Assembly (NCBI GenBank): GCA_963777585.1
Contig: CAVZRB010000017.1
Location: forward strand, 21,227 to 85,226
Length of the DNA stretch: 64,000 nucleotides
Direction: 5' to 3'
Source of the DNA: an uncultured Gammaproteobacteria bacterium
GTDB taxonomy: Bacteria > Pseudomonadota > Gammaproteobacteria > Methylococcales > Methylomonadaceae
In this document: positions 13,061-23,005 of the stretch, piece after piece
Position numbering within the stretch: the first letter of the stretch is position 1
How the letters are laid out: every line of letters begins with the position of its first letter
The notes under the pieces: model-generated
Told to the model about the DNA's origin: nothing
The model's input: the letters and a program-made list of their open reading frames with translations, nothing else
The model's database searches: none
Program-made: the position numbers and the translations under genes

Positions 13061-14239
13061 CTAACATTTCCCTGGAGTCGCAGCGCACTGGTCGTTTAGT
13101 AGTTTGACAATATTGCCGCTCAAAAAGGGGCTGGCGCCCTGCTCCTTGGCACTCGTACCGACATATCCCCAGCTGGTCACCCCAACCACGGTGTTGCGGC
13201 CAGGGGCAGTTCCCGCAGTGTTTCCGGTAAGAGCTGGTGGCCGCCCGAAATTGACCAACCATGGGCCACCGCTCGATCCGCCGCACATCTGTGATCCGAT
13301 GACGGTGTTGTTGGAAAGGTTGTCAGACGTAAAACCGTAGGAGTCGTTTCTCTCCATAAACTTAGCATTGTCGAGGCAGGCCGGATAACCTATCTGGGTG
13401 ATTTGGTTGAGCCCGCCGGCGAAGCCGTATCCATTCCAGCCAACACCGTACCATCCGGTGTTTGTACCCACGTTGACACCGTCTTGAGCCTTCAATGCAA
13501 GCACTGCGATATCGTCTCGGCAGACAATACCACTCACAGCACAAGGATCGGTGCCGTCGTAGTAGGCTGTGAGGACTCTGGCCTGACTAACAGACCAAGT
13601 TCCGTAGGGTGCAACGCCGTTCCTATATCCTGGAACGAACTGCCAGTTCGAATAATACTGACTTTTTCCAAAGTTTGCCACGCAGTGCGCAGCGGTTACG
13701 ACAATGCCCGGCTTGATCAAAGACGCGGAACAAATAAAAGTATTGGCACCGATATTAAAGAACAACTTCCCAGAAGCTCGATAAGGGTAGATTGTGTTGT
13801 TTTGCTGTCCATTTAGGTCGGCTCGAGCAGTGTTAAAGGGGTGGTTTTGGGTACCGAATTCCTGAGGCGCGACATCCCCGGAGTTGGTATTCGACACAGC
13901 TGGCACTCCTAGATTAACCGGGCTGGTTTTTCCGTCACCTTGTCCGCCCGGTGAATAACCACCGGCCTCGCCCAGAAGTGACTGAGACGTAAATGCGCTG
14001 ATGAGGTCGTCCTGAGCCTGCTTTGCAATGTCGCTTGGGGCGATGGGGAGTTCCAGCGGCTGGGCATTCACGTAGTCGATTCCACCACTCTTTTGAGTCT
14101 GCTCAAGCGGAACCGTAAGAACGGTAACAAGTCCCCGTTGCGAGACCCCAGTTTGACCAGCATAAGCGCCAGTCCACACCGAGCAACCGAGGACGCTTGC
14201 GATGCCAAATAGAGGTAATAAGGTTTTACTTTTTATCAT
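13061..14239 (-). CDS. Secreted trypsin-like (S1, V8/glutamyl-endopeptidase-like) serine protease
   Basis: Signal peptide, pro-region, CSASLI...TAAHC (His), DDIAVL (Asp), GGSSGGP (Ser). Confidence 0.9.
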   Translation of the reverse strand: MIKSKTLLPLFGIASVLGCSVWTGAYAGQTGVSQRGLVTVLTVPLEQTQKSGGIDYVNAQPLELPIAPSDIAKQAQDDLISAFTSQSLLGEAGGYSPGGQGDGKTSPVNLGVPAVSNTNSGDVAPQEFGTQNHPFNTARADLNGQQNNTIYPYRASGKLFFNIGANTFICSASLIKPGIVVTAAHCVANFGKSQYYSNWQFVPGYRNGVAPYGTWSVSQARVLTAYYDGTDPCAVSGIVCRDDIAVLALKAQDGVNVGTNTGWYGVGWNGYGFAGGLNQITQIGYPACLDNAKFMERNDSYGFTSDNLSNNTVIGSQMCGGSSGGPWLVNFGRPPALTGNTAGTAPGRNTVVGVTSWGYVGTSAKEQGASPFLSGNIVKLLNDQCAATPGKC

Positions 14240-14956
14240 GACTCTCCTTAATTTTTATATTGTAGGCGATATCGAATTATGAAATCCAACGGTACAAAAA
14301 GTAACGCTAACACCTATCATTATTCAATTTTAGCCGTTTTCTTCTGGTCACTAGTGAATACACTTGCGAACATTATGAGTATAGCAGTAGTTTTGATAGT
14401 GACAATAAACGTCCATCACTCGTCTTTTTTAATCGGATCGTACTCAATTTGCCGCGCGATTCCTCCAAAATACAAGAACCCGAAGTGACCAATATCTTTC
14501 CGGATGGGCTGAATACAGCTATGTCTCCTGTCTCCGCCTGCAGATTGGTAATTATTTTTTATAAGTGGGTTCCGATTGTAAAACAGACGCCGTTATTCAC
14601 TAAAGGGCGCCAAGTTCCCGCTATTAAGGTGTTTTATTTATTTTTCGGCAAGACTTGCCGACTAGAGGCTTCAAATCGAACGGAGTCCACAGCCAATCAA
14701 GTATGTGAATCTTGATGACTTAAAATAATACAACACATTGATAAATAAATATTATTTTTATAAAGGTCAAGGAAAGGCATCGACTAAAAAGCATGCGCTT
14801 CAAAAATAGTCCGCATTAGAACATATAGTAGTACTAATTAGGATTAGTTATGTTAAACTTTACCCAACTTAACGATTACTTGAATCTTTCTTAACCAAAA
14901 GCTCATTTTAATCGTTACGTAGAAATACTTTATTTATCAACTGTGAGGTTTATCCC

Positions 14957-15346
14957 ATGAACACATTCAACAAAATCCTGGTTTCTTCTGTTATGGCCGT
15001 ATCGATGGCGGCAATGTCATACAACGCTTCAGCTGTGGTGAATCCATCCTATGAAGATGTTAAAGCGGCTATCGTCAATACGAAGGCCAAAGTCGACGAG
15101 ACTATTACTGCACTGGACAATGGCACGGACAACGAAGTGGTGGCAGAGATGATCAGCGATGCCCGCCAATTGCAGAAAGATATTGCCAATAACGTGCTTG
15201 ATGTAAAACGTAATCAAGCCAGCAATGTGTTGAAGCAAGCGCGTACAGCGGTCAAGAACAATGATCGGGAATCGGCTAAAGAATCTTTAACGGATGCCGC
15301 AAACCGGTATAAAGAAATTGAACAACTTTACGCAGCGAATCACTAA
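14957..15346 (+). CDS. Secreted alpha-helical hypothetical protein
   Basis: GAGG RBS, signal peptide ending ASA, helical-bundle-like composition, own terminator. Confidence 0.75.
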   Translation: MNTFNKILVSSVMAVSMAAMSYNASAVVNPSYEDVKAAIVNTKAKVDETITALDNGTDNEVVAEMISDARQLQKDIANNVLDVKRNQASNVLKQARTAVKNNDRESAKESLTDAANRYKEIEQLYAANH

Positions 15347-15400
15347 GCGCTAAAGGTAGCTGCGCCGTCAGGCAAGCCACTTTAAACGAAGCTACCAACC

Positions 15401-15435
15401 AAACCCTTATTCGGAGTTTCGGGTAAGGGTTTTTT
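15401..15435 (+). terminator. Rho-independent terminator
   Basis: AAACCCTTATTCG...CGGGTAAGGGTTT hairpin plus T-run. Confidence 0.75.
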
Positions 15436-15718
15436 GCTGCATGTAACGTAAATACCGGGGACTTTCATCCTCGATTTCACAGCGCACTACGACGGACTGG
15501 CGAGAACTGGTTGGCGTCAAATGAAAAAAGATAGTTTCCAAGGCATGACACTAAATTCTAATATTGTTACTAAGTTTATATGAATGGTTTATGAACCTAT
15601 TGTATCCGATAAGGAAATAATCAATACATCAATAGTGTTATTGTCAACAATATTCGCCTACCGTATAGTTCAGTTGCAGTTTAACTAAACCTATTCAATT
15701 TAGTACGAGGACTTACTC

Positions 15719-15893
15719 ATGAGCGACTTTCATAAAGATATTTTAACGGGATTACTATTTATAACCGGCCTGCTGGGCTTTGTTTCATGGCGAATTCATC
15801 ATCTCATCCGCACTATTCGGAACGGCGGCCATTGCCAGCAATATTAACCTGAACCGTAAACGAGTCAAAGCCGGTCAATTTTCATGCGACTGA
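15719..15893 (+). CDS. Small (about 57 aa) membrane protein, one frameshift; absent from ORF track
   Basis: GAGGA RBS; MSDFHKDILTGLLFITGLLGFVS/GEFIISSALFGTAAIASNINLNRKRVK...; followed by a terminator. Confidence 0.6.
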
Positions 15894-15930
15894 TGCCCTT
15901 ACCTGAACGGCTTACCCAAGCGACCTGAAG

Positions 15931-15964
15931 ACTTCCAAGGCTTAACGGCCTTGGAAGTTTTTTT
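15931..15964 (+). terminator. Rho-independent terminator
   Basis: ACTTCCAAGGC-TTAACG-GCCTTGGAAGT plus T-run. Confidence 0.8.
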
Positions 15965-16124
15965 GTTTATCAATTTGCTTAAACCTCCTGACACAAAATC
16001 AGGTTGCTCCTTTTCTGAAAAATTTAGCTTCACGACTTCACCTCCTGACCGCAACCTAAACTCGGCTACCTACTACTATCCGATAGTGATCTACAGTGCG
16101 CGTGTAAATATAAAAAATTAAACC

Positions 16125-16154
16125 TTGACATCACTGTACTGAGAAGCCCATACT
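16125..16154 (+). promoter_or_regulatory. Sigma70 promoter of the cold-shock gene, giving a long (about 150 nt) 5' UTR
   Basis: Perfect TTGACA, 18 bp spacer, CATACT; a long UTR is typical of cspA-family genes. Confidence 0.55.
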
Positions 16155-16308
16155 GGCATCAGCTTAGAAATAAGATTTACCCTCTGCTTACCATTTCGAT
16201 GTATCTTCTGTAGTTCCTCGTCCTGTTTTTCATTTTGTAACTTCAAAATTTACCAGCTTAACCCGCCTTTTTAAGGCTTTATATACTCAAATATTTATAG
16301 GACTCATC

Positions 16309-16521
16309 ATGTCTACAATTACTACTGGCATCGTTAAATGGTTTAATTCTGATAAAGGCTTTGGCTTTATCGAGCAAGCATCAGGCCCCGATGTATTCGT
16401 ACATTTTCAACAAATCAATAACTCTGGTGGCTACAAATCACTGGATGAAGGCCAAAAAGTACAGTTCAGCGTAACGCAAGGCCAAAAAGGCCCGCAAGCT
16501 GAAAACGTAACGGTCATCTAA
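16309..16521 (+). CDS. cspA: Cold-shock protein (CspA family)
   Basis: KWFN...KGFGFI (RNP1), DVFVHF (RNP2), KGPQAENV. Confidence 0.93.
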   Translation: MSTITTGIVKWFNSDKGFGFIEQASGPDVFVHFQQINNSGGYKSLDEGQKVQFSVTQGQKGPQAENVTVI

Positions 16522-16593
16522 AGACAAAACGCCCGCTGCAGTCGCATGCGGACGGGAGGTGGGGGAATTCCCCCGTCCTCACAAAATTCTAAG

Positions 16594-16631
16594 AACCGGC
16601 AGAGTCCCCCAAAAGGACTGCCGGTTTTTTT
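16594..16631 (+). terminator. Rho-independent terminator
   Basis: AACCGGCAG...CTGCCGGTT plus T-run. Confidence 0.7.
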
Positions 16632-16838
16632 ATGTCTGTCGAATGAGTTTTAATACTAGTGATGCGCCGCAGGACGGCAATCTCCCTAAAAGACACGGCT
16701 ACAGTAAAAGAGAAAGTTGTATTGGGGAGCGAAGTTATGATCAGTTTTTGTTGGTGTTCGCTAGTAACCATCCTATAAACTATGCTGACTTGGGTAATAA
16801 TTTTTCACGGTTAAATTCGAGAGTCTTTTGAAATAAAC

Positions 16839-17336
16839 ATGGCCAACAAAGCGCGAATTAAAATTAAGTTTTTTGTATCTTATGCGCACGCAGATGATGA
16901 ATATGCAAGTGCCTTTATTGATGAATTCAAGGAAATGTCTGCGCCATCAGAAAAATACGAATACGTATTTTGGCAAGATACAGAGATTCTACCCGGCGAA
17001 AATTGGCGGGATGAAATACGGGAAGCACTCATCAATTGCGAAGTTGGCTTGTTATTAATTAGCCCGGCATTTCTGGGGTCCAAATTCATTGATGCTGAGG
17101 AACTGCCAAGGCTTGTCGGCGATCAAAAAAAGCCCATCATTCCTATCATGCTCAAAATGGTCAATCTTAAGCGACACAACCTTAAGGGACTGGATGGTAA
17201 TCAGATCTTTCGCCTAAAAGTAGAAGGTGTCAAAGCATTAAAGTCTTTTGCGCAATGCAGCTTGTCTCAAAGAACCGATTTTGTATACGACCTATTTGAC
17301 AAGGTAGAAATCAGGCTCGACAAATTATACGGCTAA
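16839..17336 (+). CDS. Stand-alone TIR-domain protein (TIR_2)
   Basis: FFVSYAHAD, FWQDTEILPGENW..EI, LLISPAFLGS.FI..EEL. Confidence 0.85.
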   Translation: MANKARIKIKFFVSYAHADDEYASAFIDEFKEMSAPSEKYEYVFWQDTEILPGENWRDEIREALINCEVGLLLISPAFLGSKFIDAEELPRLVGDQKKPIIPIMLKMVNLKRHNLKGLDGNQIFRLKVEGVKALKSFAQCSLSQRTDFVYDLFDKVEIRLDKLYG

Positions 17337-17651
17337 CGCGTTAATTGTATTCGGATGCACCGCTATGCTCGGTTAATTCCTGGGTTATCTTGTCTCAAAA
17401 TACAAATTTGACTTGACGGAACGCGCACCGCTTGATGGCAGGAGAGCCCGAATTGGGACAGCATGGATGCGCAGAGCGCTTGGATAATACTCAGAAATTT
17501 GGGTAGCACTGGCGGGGAAGGCTCCTCACTGGTGCTTAGGTAGAGCAATTCGGGAGGGGGTGTTTAAAAGCGTACGGGGACGTATGCTTTAAAGCCGACC
17601 GGACGATTTGCGGATTAGAGCGATGAAGGTTATAGAATTAATTATATATGT

Positions 17652-18047
17652 CTATTTTGGTGTAACTGGTCGTGCTCGAATACGGTTATTTCTTAGGTTA
17701 TGTTCAACCTCTACAAATCCAAAATGCTCCAATATAGATGGTATGTAGGAGGCGAATTCACCTCTTAATCCTGGTGTTAAACCATAGAAGCCATTAACAG
17801 AATTTTGTTCGGACCTAGCCCATTGTTCAATAGTGCCAACATTTGGTGATTCCTCTTCCCCTTGTGCACCCAATAAAACCCAGTTTCCATCACAATCGTC
17901 TTTGAGCCATAGATAAAGATCTAACAACGAGCGTAGCATATACGCATGCTGACTACCGTTCTGCGTTGTTATAACAATTCTATCTTGATCAGTATCTACA
18001 TCAAACTCAAATGGTATTCCTGTTGGGGTATTTGTTTTAATACTCAT
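17652..18047 (-). CDS. Conserved hypothetical protein
   Basis: Clean ORF from MSIKTN with TIEQWARS...GFYGL..GLRGEFASYIPSILEHFGFVEVEHN.RNNRIRA; function not assignable. Confidence 0.6.
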   Translation of the reverse strand: MSIKTNTPTGIPFEFDVDTDQDRIVITTQNGSQHAYMLRSLLDLYLWLKDDCDGNWVLLGAQGEEESPNVGTIEQWARSEQNSVNGFYGLTPGLRGEFASYIPSILEHFGFVEVEHNLRNNRIRARPVTPK

Positions 18048-18169
18048 AAATGTTTCTTTCTTGGATGTGGCCTTGTTGTAACATTTCACGGAACCGTCTA
18101 CGAATGCAGCATAGCAACGAGGCGATTTTGAATAATTGAAAACTATCATAATCGCCATCTGATTAATGT

Positions 18170-18475
18170 GAGAGCTCTCGCATAATCGCCATTTAATTGA
18201 AGCCAATCTGCCCGAATAATTAGTCTTGCTGCATTATCAGGGTGTTCAATACCATACGATGCCAATAACTAACTCCACGATTTTTGCAATCCAAAAGCAT
18301 TCCGGATCGCCAAGCCTAGGCTAAAGTGCAAATTGATCAAGTCTTGTTCTTGCATTGTAGCAAGGGCGACTTTCTGTACATTGTCCAGGATCATCATCAG
18401 TTGCTCAGCAGCTTCATCAACGGTTTCTGGTACACTGGAATTTTTCTGAAAAAAGTTGACCAATTATTGATCAAT
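18170..18475 (-). pseudogene. DUF6794-like small protein, disrupted
   Basis: PETVDEA...LHFSLGLAIRNAFGL, then after a frameshift LLAS.GIEHPDNAARLIIRA. Confidence 0.5.
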
Positions 18476-18535
18476 CTAACGTAGCTTCAGTAGGGAAGGC
18501 GGGTTGAAGGAAAATATGACAAATTAAAGACAGGT

Positions 18536-18558
18536 TTATCCACAGATTTTGTGGATAA
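18536..18558. promoter_or_regulatory. Inverted pair of perfect DnaA boxes
   Basis: TTATCCACA-GATTT-TGTGGATAA. Confidence 0.55.
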
Positions 18559-18966
18559 CATAGAGAGCACATTTATAAGTCTAGTCGATGCTCTGGTTTC
18601 TATTATTACTGTTAAAACAATCACTTTAGTAATTTTAACTTCACTCCTGAGGGGAAGGGTGGTTAAAAGGAAATGAATTTAATAGGGAAACAATAGCACT
18701 AACGGCGGTTCCATAGGCTGACATCATAACGGACTACATAGCGGGAATGATGGTAAATAATGTCCTCGTTATCAGTAAAGCTGCATTTAACTTTGCGCTC
18801 CCCCGGACCTGGCGTTAAGCTACGTCCGCTGACCTTGATCGATGGGCGTTTTACAAGATGCGCAATAAGTTAACGATTGCAAATCAAACGCGCATCTCTG
18901 AAGACAGCAGATTGTGTCATCGCGAACTTATCACATGAATTTCTAAGGCGAAAATGGAGAACCTGT

Positions 18967-19711
18967 ATGCCTGTGCTAAAAACTTATTCTGTATGGGACG
19001 CCGGCACCCGCTGGCTTCACTGGATCAATGCGCTCTGTGTAGTCGCCTTGATGGTTGTCGGATTTATAATCCTTAACGCCGGCGCGCTCGATGTGTCCAC
19101 TACAGGCAAAGTGACCCTTAAAACGATCCACGTATGGATAGGCTATCTCTTAGTGCTGAGCCTGATCTGCCGCATTGTATGGGCTTTCATTGGCAACCGA
19201 TATGCCAGGTGGCATTCGATTCTTCCCGGCGGCAGAGGATATTTACAAGCGCTACGAAGCTATGTCGCGGCCTTCATAGCCGGCCATCCCGAACAGTATG
19301 TGGGACACAATCCAGTGGGGCGTCTGGGGATAGCCGCGATGCTTACTTCTTATCACTATTCAAGCGATTACCGGCTTGGTACTGGCGGGAACTGACCTGT
19401 TCTATCCACCCATCGGGCATTGGATCGCGCAGTGGGTGGCAGCGCCTGATGTTGCTCCTGGATCGCTAATACCCTATGCACCCGAGATGTACAATACGGC
19501 GGCCTATGAAAGCATGCGTGCTTTCCGTAAACCCGTTGAATTGGTGCACCTATACAGTTTTTATGTACTGGTTGTCGTCGTCGTTATGCACGTTGTGGCG
19601 GTAATCGTCACCGAGTTAAAGGAAGGTGGCAGCATCATTTCTGCAATGTTCACGGGACGTAAGATCATCAGCGAACGTCCGGTGGATGAAGAAGGTAGCA
19701 ACCATGACTGA
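18967..19711 (+). CDS. Cytochrome b/b6-domain membrane protein (Ni/Fe-hydrogenase cytochrome b type), one frameshift
   Basis: VWDAGTRWLHW, IHVWIG, GHNPVG, VHLY...MHV heme histidines, IISAMFTG. Confidence 0.85.
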
Positions 19712-19959
19712 TGCGAAGCACAGCAAAGCACACAAGCGGATGAACTTTGCGCGCCGCTGAGCTCCCGTTACCTTGTTACAAAATACAAATTTTTGACTGA
19801 CTGAAATGGATCATTAGCTACAGCAGTTGAATGGTAGTCAAACATTTCTGGATAAATTTTAAGTGCCTCTGTCTTTCTTGACTTATGTAAATAGACTTGA
19901 GAAGCTGAAACTATTCGATAAAACCGAGTTCAAAAGATCATCAAATTTAAGGAGATGCC

Positions 19960-21288
19960 ATGCTAACACGACGTCGCTTTCTAGGTTATGGCGGGGCAGG
20001 GATTCTGGCCCTTACCGCTGGTTGTAGACCTGAAAATTTCAATTGGCTGCCAAATCAGGAAGAGGCATCTTCAACTATAAACCTTTCGCTGGCAGACAAG
20101 GCAAAGTTCAAGAAGCTGAAAAATCTTCTCTTAGGGTATCCAATCAATATGAATACTCCACCCGAGGATTTTTTTGCCTGGCGGAGACAACTACTCGATG
20201 CGGGAATCAATACTTTTGCCTACAATAATGTGGGAAACCCGTTCAAAGACAGTTCTATCCCATTCAATACCCACGATTTTGAACGTGAACTCATCCTGAG
20301 ATTTGGCAAGTTATATGCCTTTCCTCCAAACAACACATGGGGCTTTCTTTCAAACAGCGGTACTGACAGTAATATGCATGGCATGTACATGGGGCGGACC
20401 ATTTTAAAAGGACGTACCGGAGTGTTGCCGAAAGCTTATTTCACCAAAGAAGCACATTATTCGATGCAGATTTTACGGGACTTGCTGGGGCTTGAAACAG
20501 TTTTTGTGGAAACACTTCCGGATGGCGGCATGGATCCCAATGACCTAAGGCAGAAGCTAGCCGATAACTCATCTCATCCGGCATTAGTGATAGCGACGAT
20601 CGGGACCACCTTTAAAGGCGCTATTGATCAGGTTGATGGTATTCAGGAAGTGTTAAAAGGCTATTCAAGTTATCTGCATTTGGATGCGGCATTATTTGGC
20701 GGTTACCTGCCATTTACCGCCCATGCCGGGGAAGTGATCATACCAATCCAAGAGCACACCCAGCTCTAGCTCGATATGATTCGATAGCTGTTTCCTGCCA
20801 TAAATTTTTCGGTTTTCCATCGCCTGCCGGTTTATTCATTACCACAAAAAGCCATTTTGATGAGTTTAATGAACTTTTTAGTCAAATTCATAATCCTGAA
20901 TATATCCATCATGTGCCGGGAACGATAACCTGCTCCAGAGATGCCGTAAAACCGGCGGAATTTTATTTCTTTTCAACGCCCATCGTCCATGGCCAAGCTA
21001 GCTAAAGACGCGCAGTCTATGTTGCAAAACACGGTTTACCTGATGGAACAAATGCAAGCCCACTTTTCCCATTTACAACCCACACGTGCTAACGATCTTT
21101 CTAATACCATTTTTTTTAGAAAGCCCAGCGACCGGATTGTGAAAAAATATTCACTGGCAACCATGCATTTGGAGATAAATCATCAAAAACAGGATTATGC
21201 GCATGTTGTGGTGATGCCGCATGCAAACCGGGACGTATTAACAGAATTTCTGACCGATCTGGATAAAGATTCGATTACCAGATTATGA
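19960..21288 (+). CDS. Group II PLP-dependent decarboxylase (histidine/serine decarboxylase clade) with Tat-lipoprotein signal; frameshifted
   Basis: TRRRFLG...LTAGC signal; GYPIN, NNVGNPF, GTDSN, HYS, GTTFKGAID, HLDAAL, DSIAVSCHKFFG (PLP Lys), TITCSR. Confidence 0.85.
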
Positions 21289-21558
21289 CGGATTAAAAAA
21301 TAGAATTGTTAGGACCGATGATTTTGATATTTAATCATTTAAAGCCAATTCAAATTAAGCCGGAATCTGGCTGACTAGTGTTGTTTTGGTTCAGAACACA
21401 AATAATACTCAGTTTCTCAACTCATATTCTGATCAAAATTCAACCGGCGCCAACAAAAGAGGACTATATTGCAGGTGAAAAGCTCAGGATTTCACTCTAT
21501 TAATAATCAGAATTCAGAATCAGATGTTTTTTTACTCATTCAACCGGGAATTAACGCC

Positions 21559-21867
21559 ATGACCAAAGATGAATTATTAGCAAAAACGAAAGCCACCATT
21601 TACGAACAACAAGCAAAACTCGAATCACTTAAAGAAAAAGCATTAGATGAGTCGCAAGAAGCGATTGATGATGTTAGAGCTGCAATTGCCGATTTGGAAC
21701 CCAAGTTAGAGCAAGCAAAAGCTAAAGCTAAGGAAATAGCAGAAGCAGCTGATGATAAGTGGGATGATATGAAAGAGTCGTTGGAGTCAGGATGGGACGA
21801 AGCATCATCAAAATTGGAAGAAGGCTGGAATAGCTTAACCTCATCCGTAAAATCATTTTTCTCTTAA
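21559..21867 (+). CDS. Small coiled-coil stress-response-like protein (sll1863-like)
   Basis: Charged coiled coil with ...ADDKWDDMKESLESGW pattern. Confidence 0.6.
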   Translation: MTKDELLAKTKATIYEQQAKLESLKEKALDESQEAIDDVRAAIADLEPKLEQAKAKAKEIAEAADDKWDDMKESLESGWDEASSKLEEGWNSLTSSVKSFFS

Positions 21868-22016
21868 AAATAAGAACAAACACTAATGACTCGGGTAACT
21901 TCCATGTTTCATTGGTAAAGTAAGGTTATGAAAAACTCAGAAGTATCTGCAAACGTTTATCTTGCAGATACTTCTGGGTTACATAATCAACACCGATTTA
22001 ACATTAGACCTCGAGT

Positions 22017-22880
22017 TTATTTTTTTGCCGCAGCTGAAAAGGTATCGCAAGTCGCTATATCTCCACTTTCCAATCCTTTACGAAGCCAAAAAGTGCGTTG
22101 CTCCGATGATCCGTGGGTAAATGATTCCGGGCTTATTCTTTTCCCGGCGCGTTTCAATAGGCGGTCATCTCCTATTGCGGAGGCGGCCCTGAGTCCTTCA
22201 TCGACATCTCCTGGTTCCAAAAGACTGCGATATTTATCGGCATAGTGAGCCCATACCCCCGCAAAACAATCCGCTTGCAATTCTAATAAGACCGATAAAG
22301 CATTGGCCTGAGTCGCACCGCTACGACTTTGCAAATCATGGACTTTGCCGGAAATCCCCAAGAGGTTTTGCACATGATGACCGACTTCGTGTCCAATGAC
22401 ATACGCTTGAGCGAAATCGCCCGGGGCGCCCAAGTGATCCAATTCCCGGAAAAACCCCAGATCGAGGTAAACTTTTCTATCGCCAGGACAATAGAAAGGC
22501 CCCGTAGCTGCGGAATTATATCCGCATGCGGATGAAACTTGATCGGAAAACAAAACCAGTTTCGGCACTTGATATTGCATGCCCATGCGAGGGAAAATCG
22601 TGGCCCAGGTATCTTCGGTATCCGCCAATATGGCGGATACAAATTGAGCGGATTCATCGTTGCCAGGCGTTTGTCGAGGGGAGACCGCAGTTGTCGAACC
22701 GCCCTCAAGGAACCCTTGCGATAGCATAGCTAATAGCTCCAAAGGGTTTTCTCCCAATGCGACTCCTATTAGCATTACGACCACCAGCAGACCACCGCTC
22801 AGTTTAATCGATGACCCGCCGATACGCGCACCACGGCGATCCTCAACGTTATCGCTTTGTCTACCTTTTTTCCACAACAT
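22017..22880 (-). CDS. ypfJ: Neutral zinc metallopeptidase (YpfJ/KPN_02809 family)
   Basis: RQSDNVEDRRG, GPFYCPGD, HEVGHHVQ, ELQADC, IGDD, SFTHG. Confidence 0.92.
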   Translation of the reverse strand: MLWKKGRQSDNVEDRRGARIGGSSIKLSGGLLVVVMLIGVALGENPLELLAMLSQGFLEGGSTTAVSPRQTPGNDESAQFVSAILADTEDTWATIFPRMGMQYQVPKLVLFSDQVSSACGYNSAATGPFYCPGDRKVYLDLGFFRELDHLGAPGDFAQAYVIGHEVGHHVQNLLGISGKVHDLQSRSGATQANALSVLLELQADCFAGVWAHYADKYRSLLEPGDVDEGLRAASAIGDDRLLKRAGKRISPESFTHGSSEQRTFWLRKGLESGDIATCDTFSAAAKK

Positions 22881-23005
22881 GATGTTTACACGCCAAACCC
22901 GGTGGTCAAAAATAATAAATATTCAATTTGATCTGTTAAGTTACACTGAAAGCCTCAAAGAGTTTGCTTGTTTCAATTTTGGAGCGGCTTTAAGTGCGCT
23001 TAAGT

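Noticed and set aside
18500-18700. Replication origin
   Set aside because: Only two DnaA boxes and no dnaA/dnaN/gidA/parAB context; kept only as a minor finding
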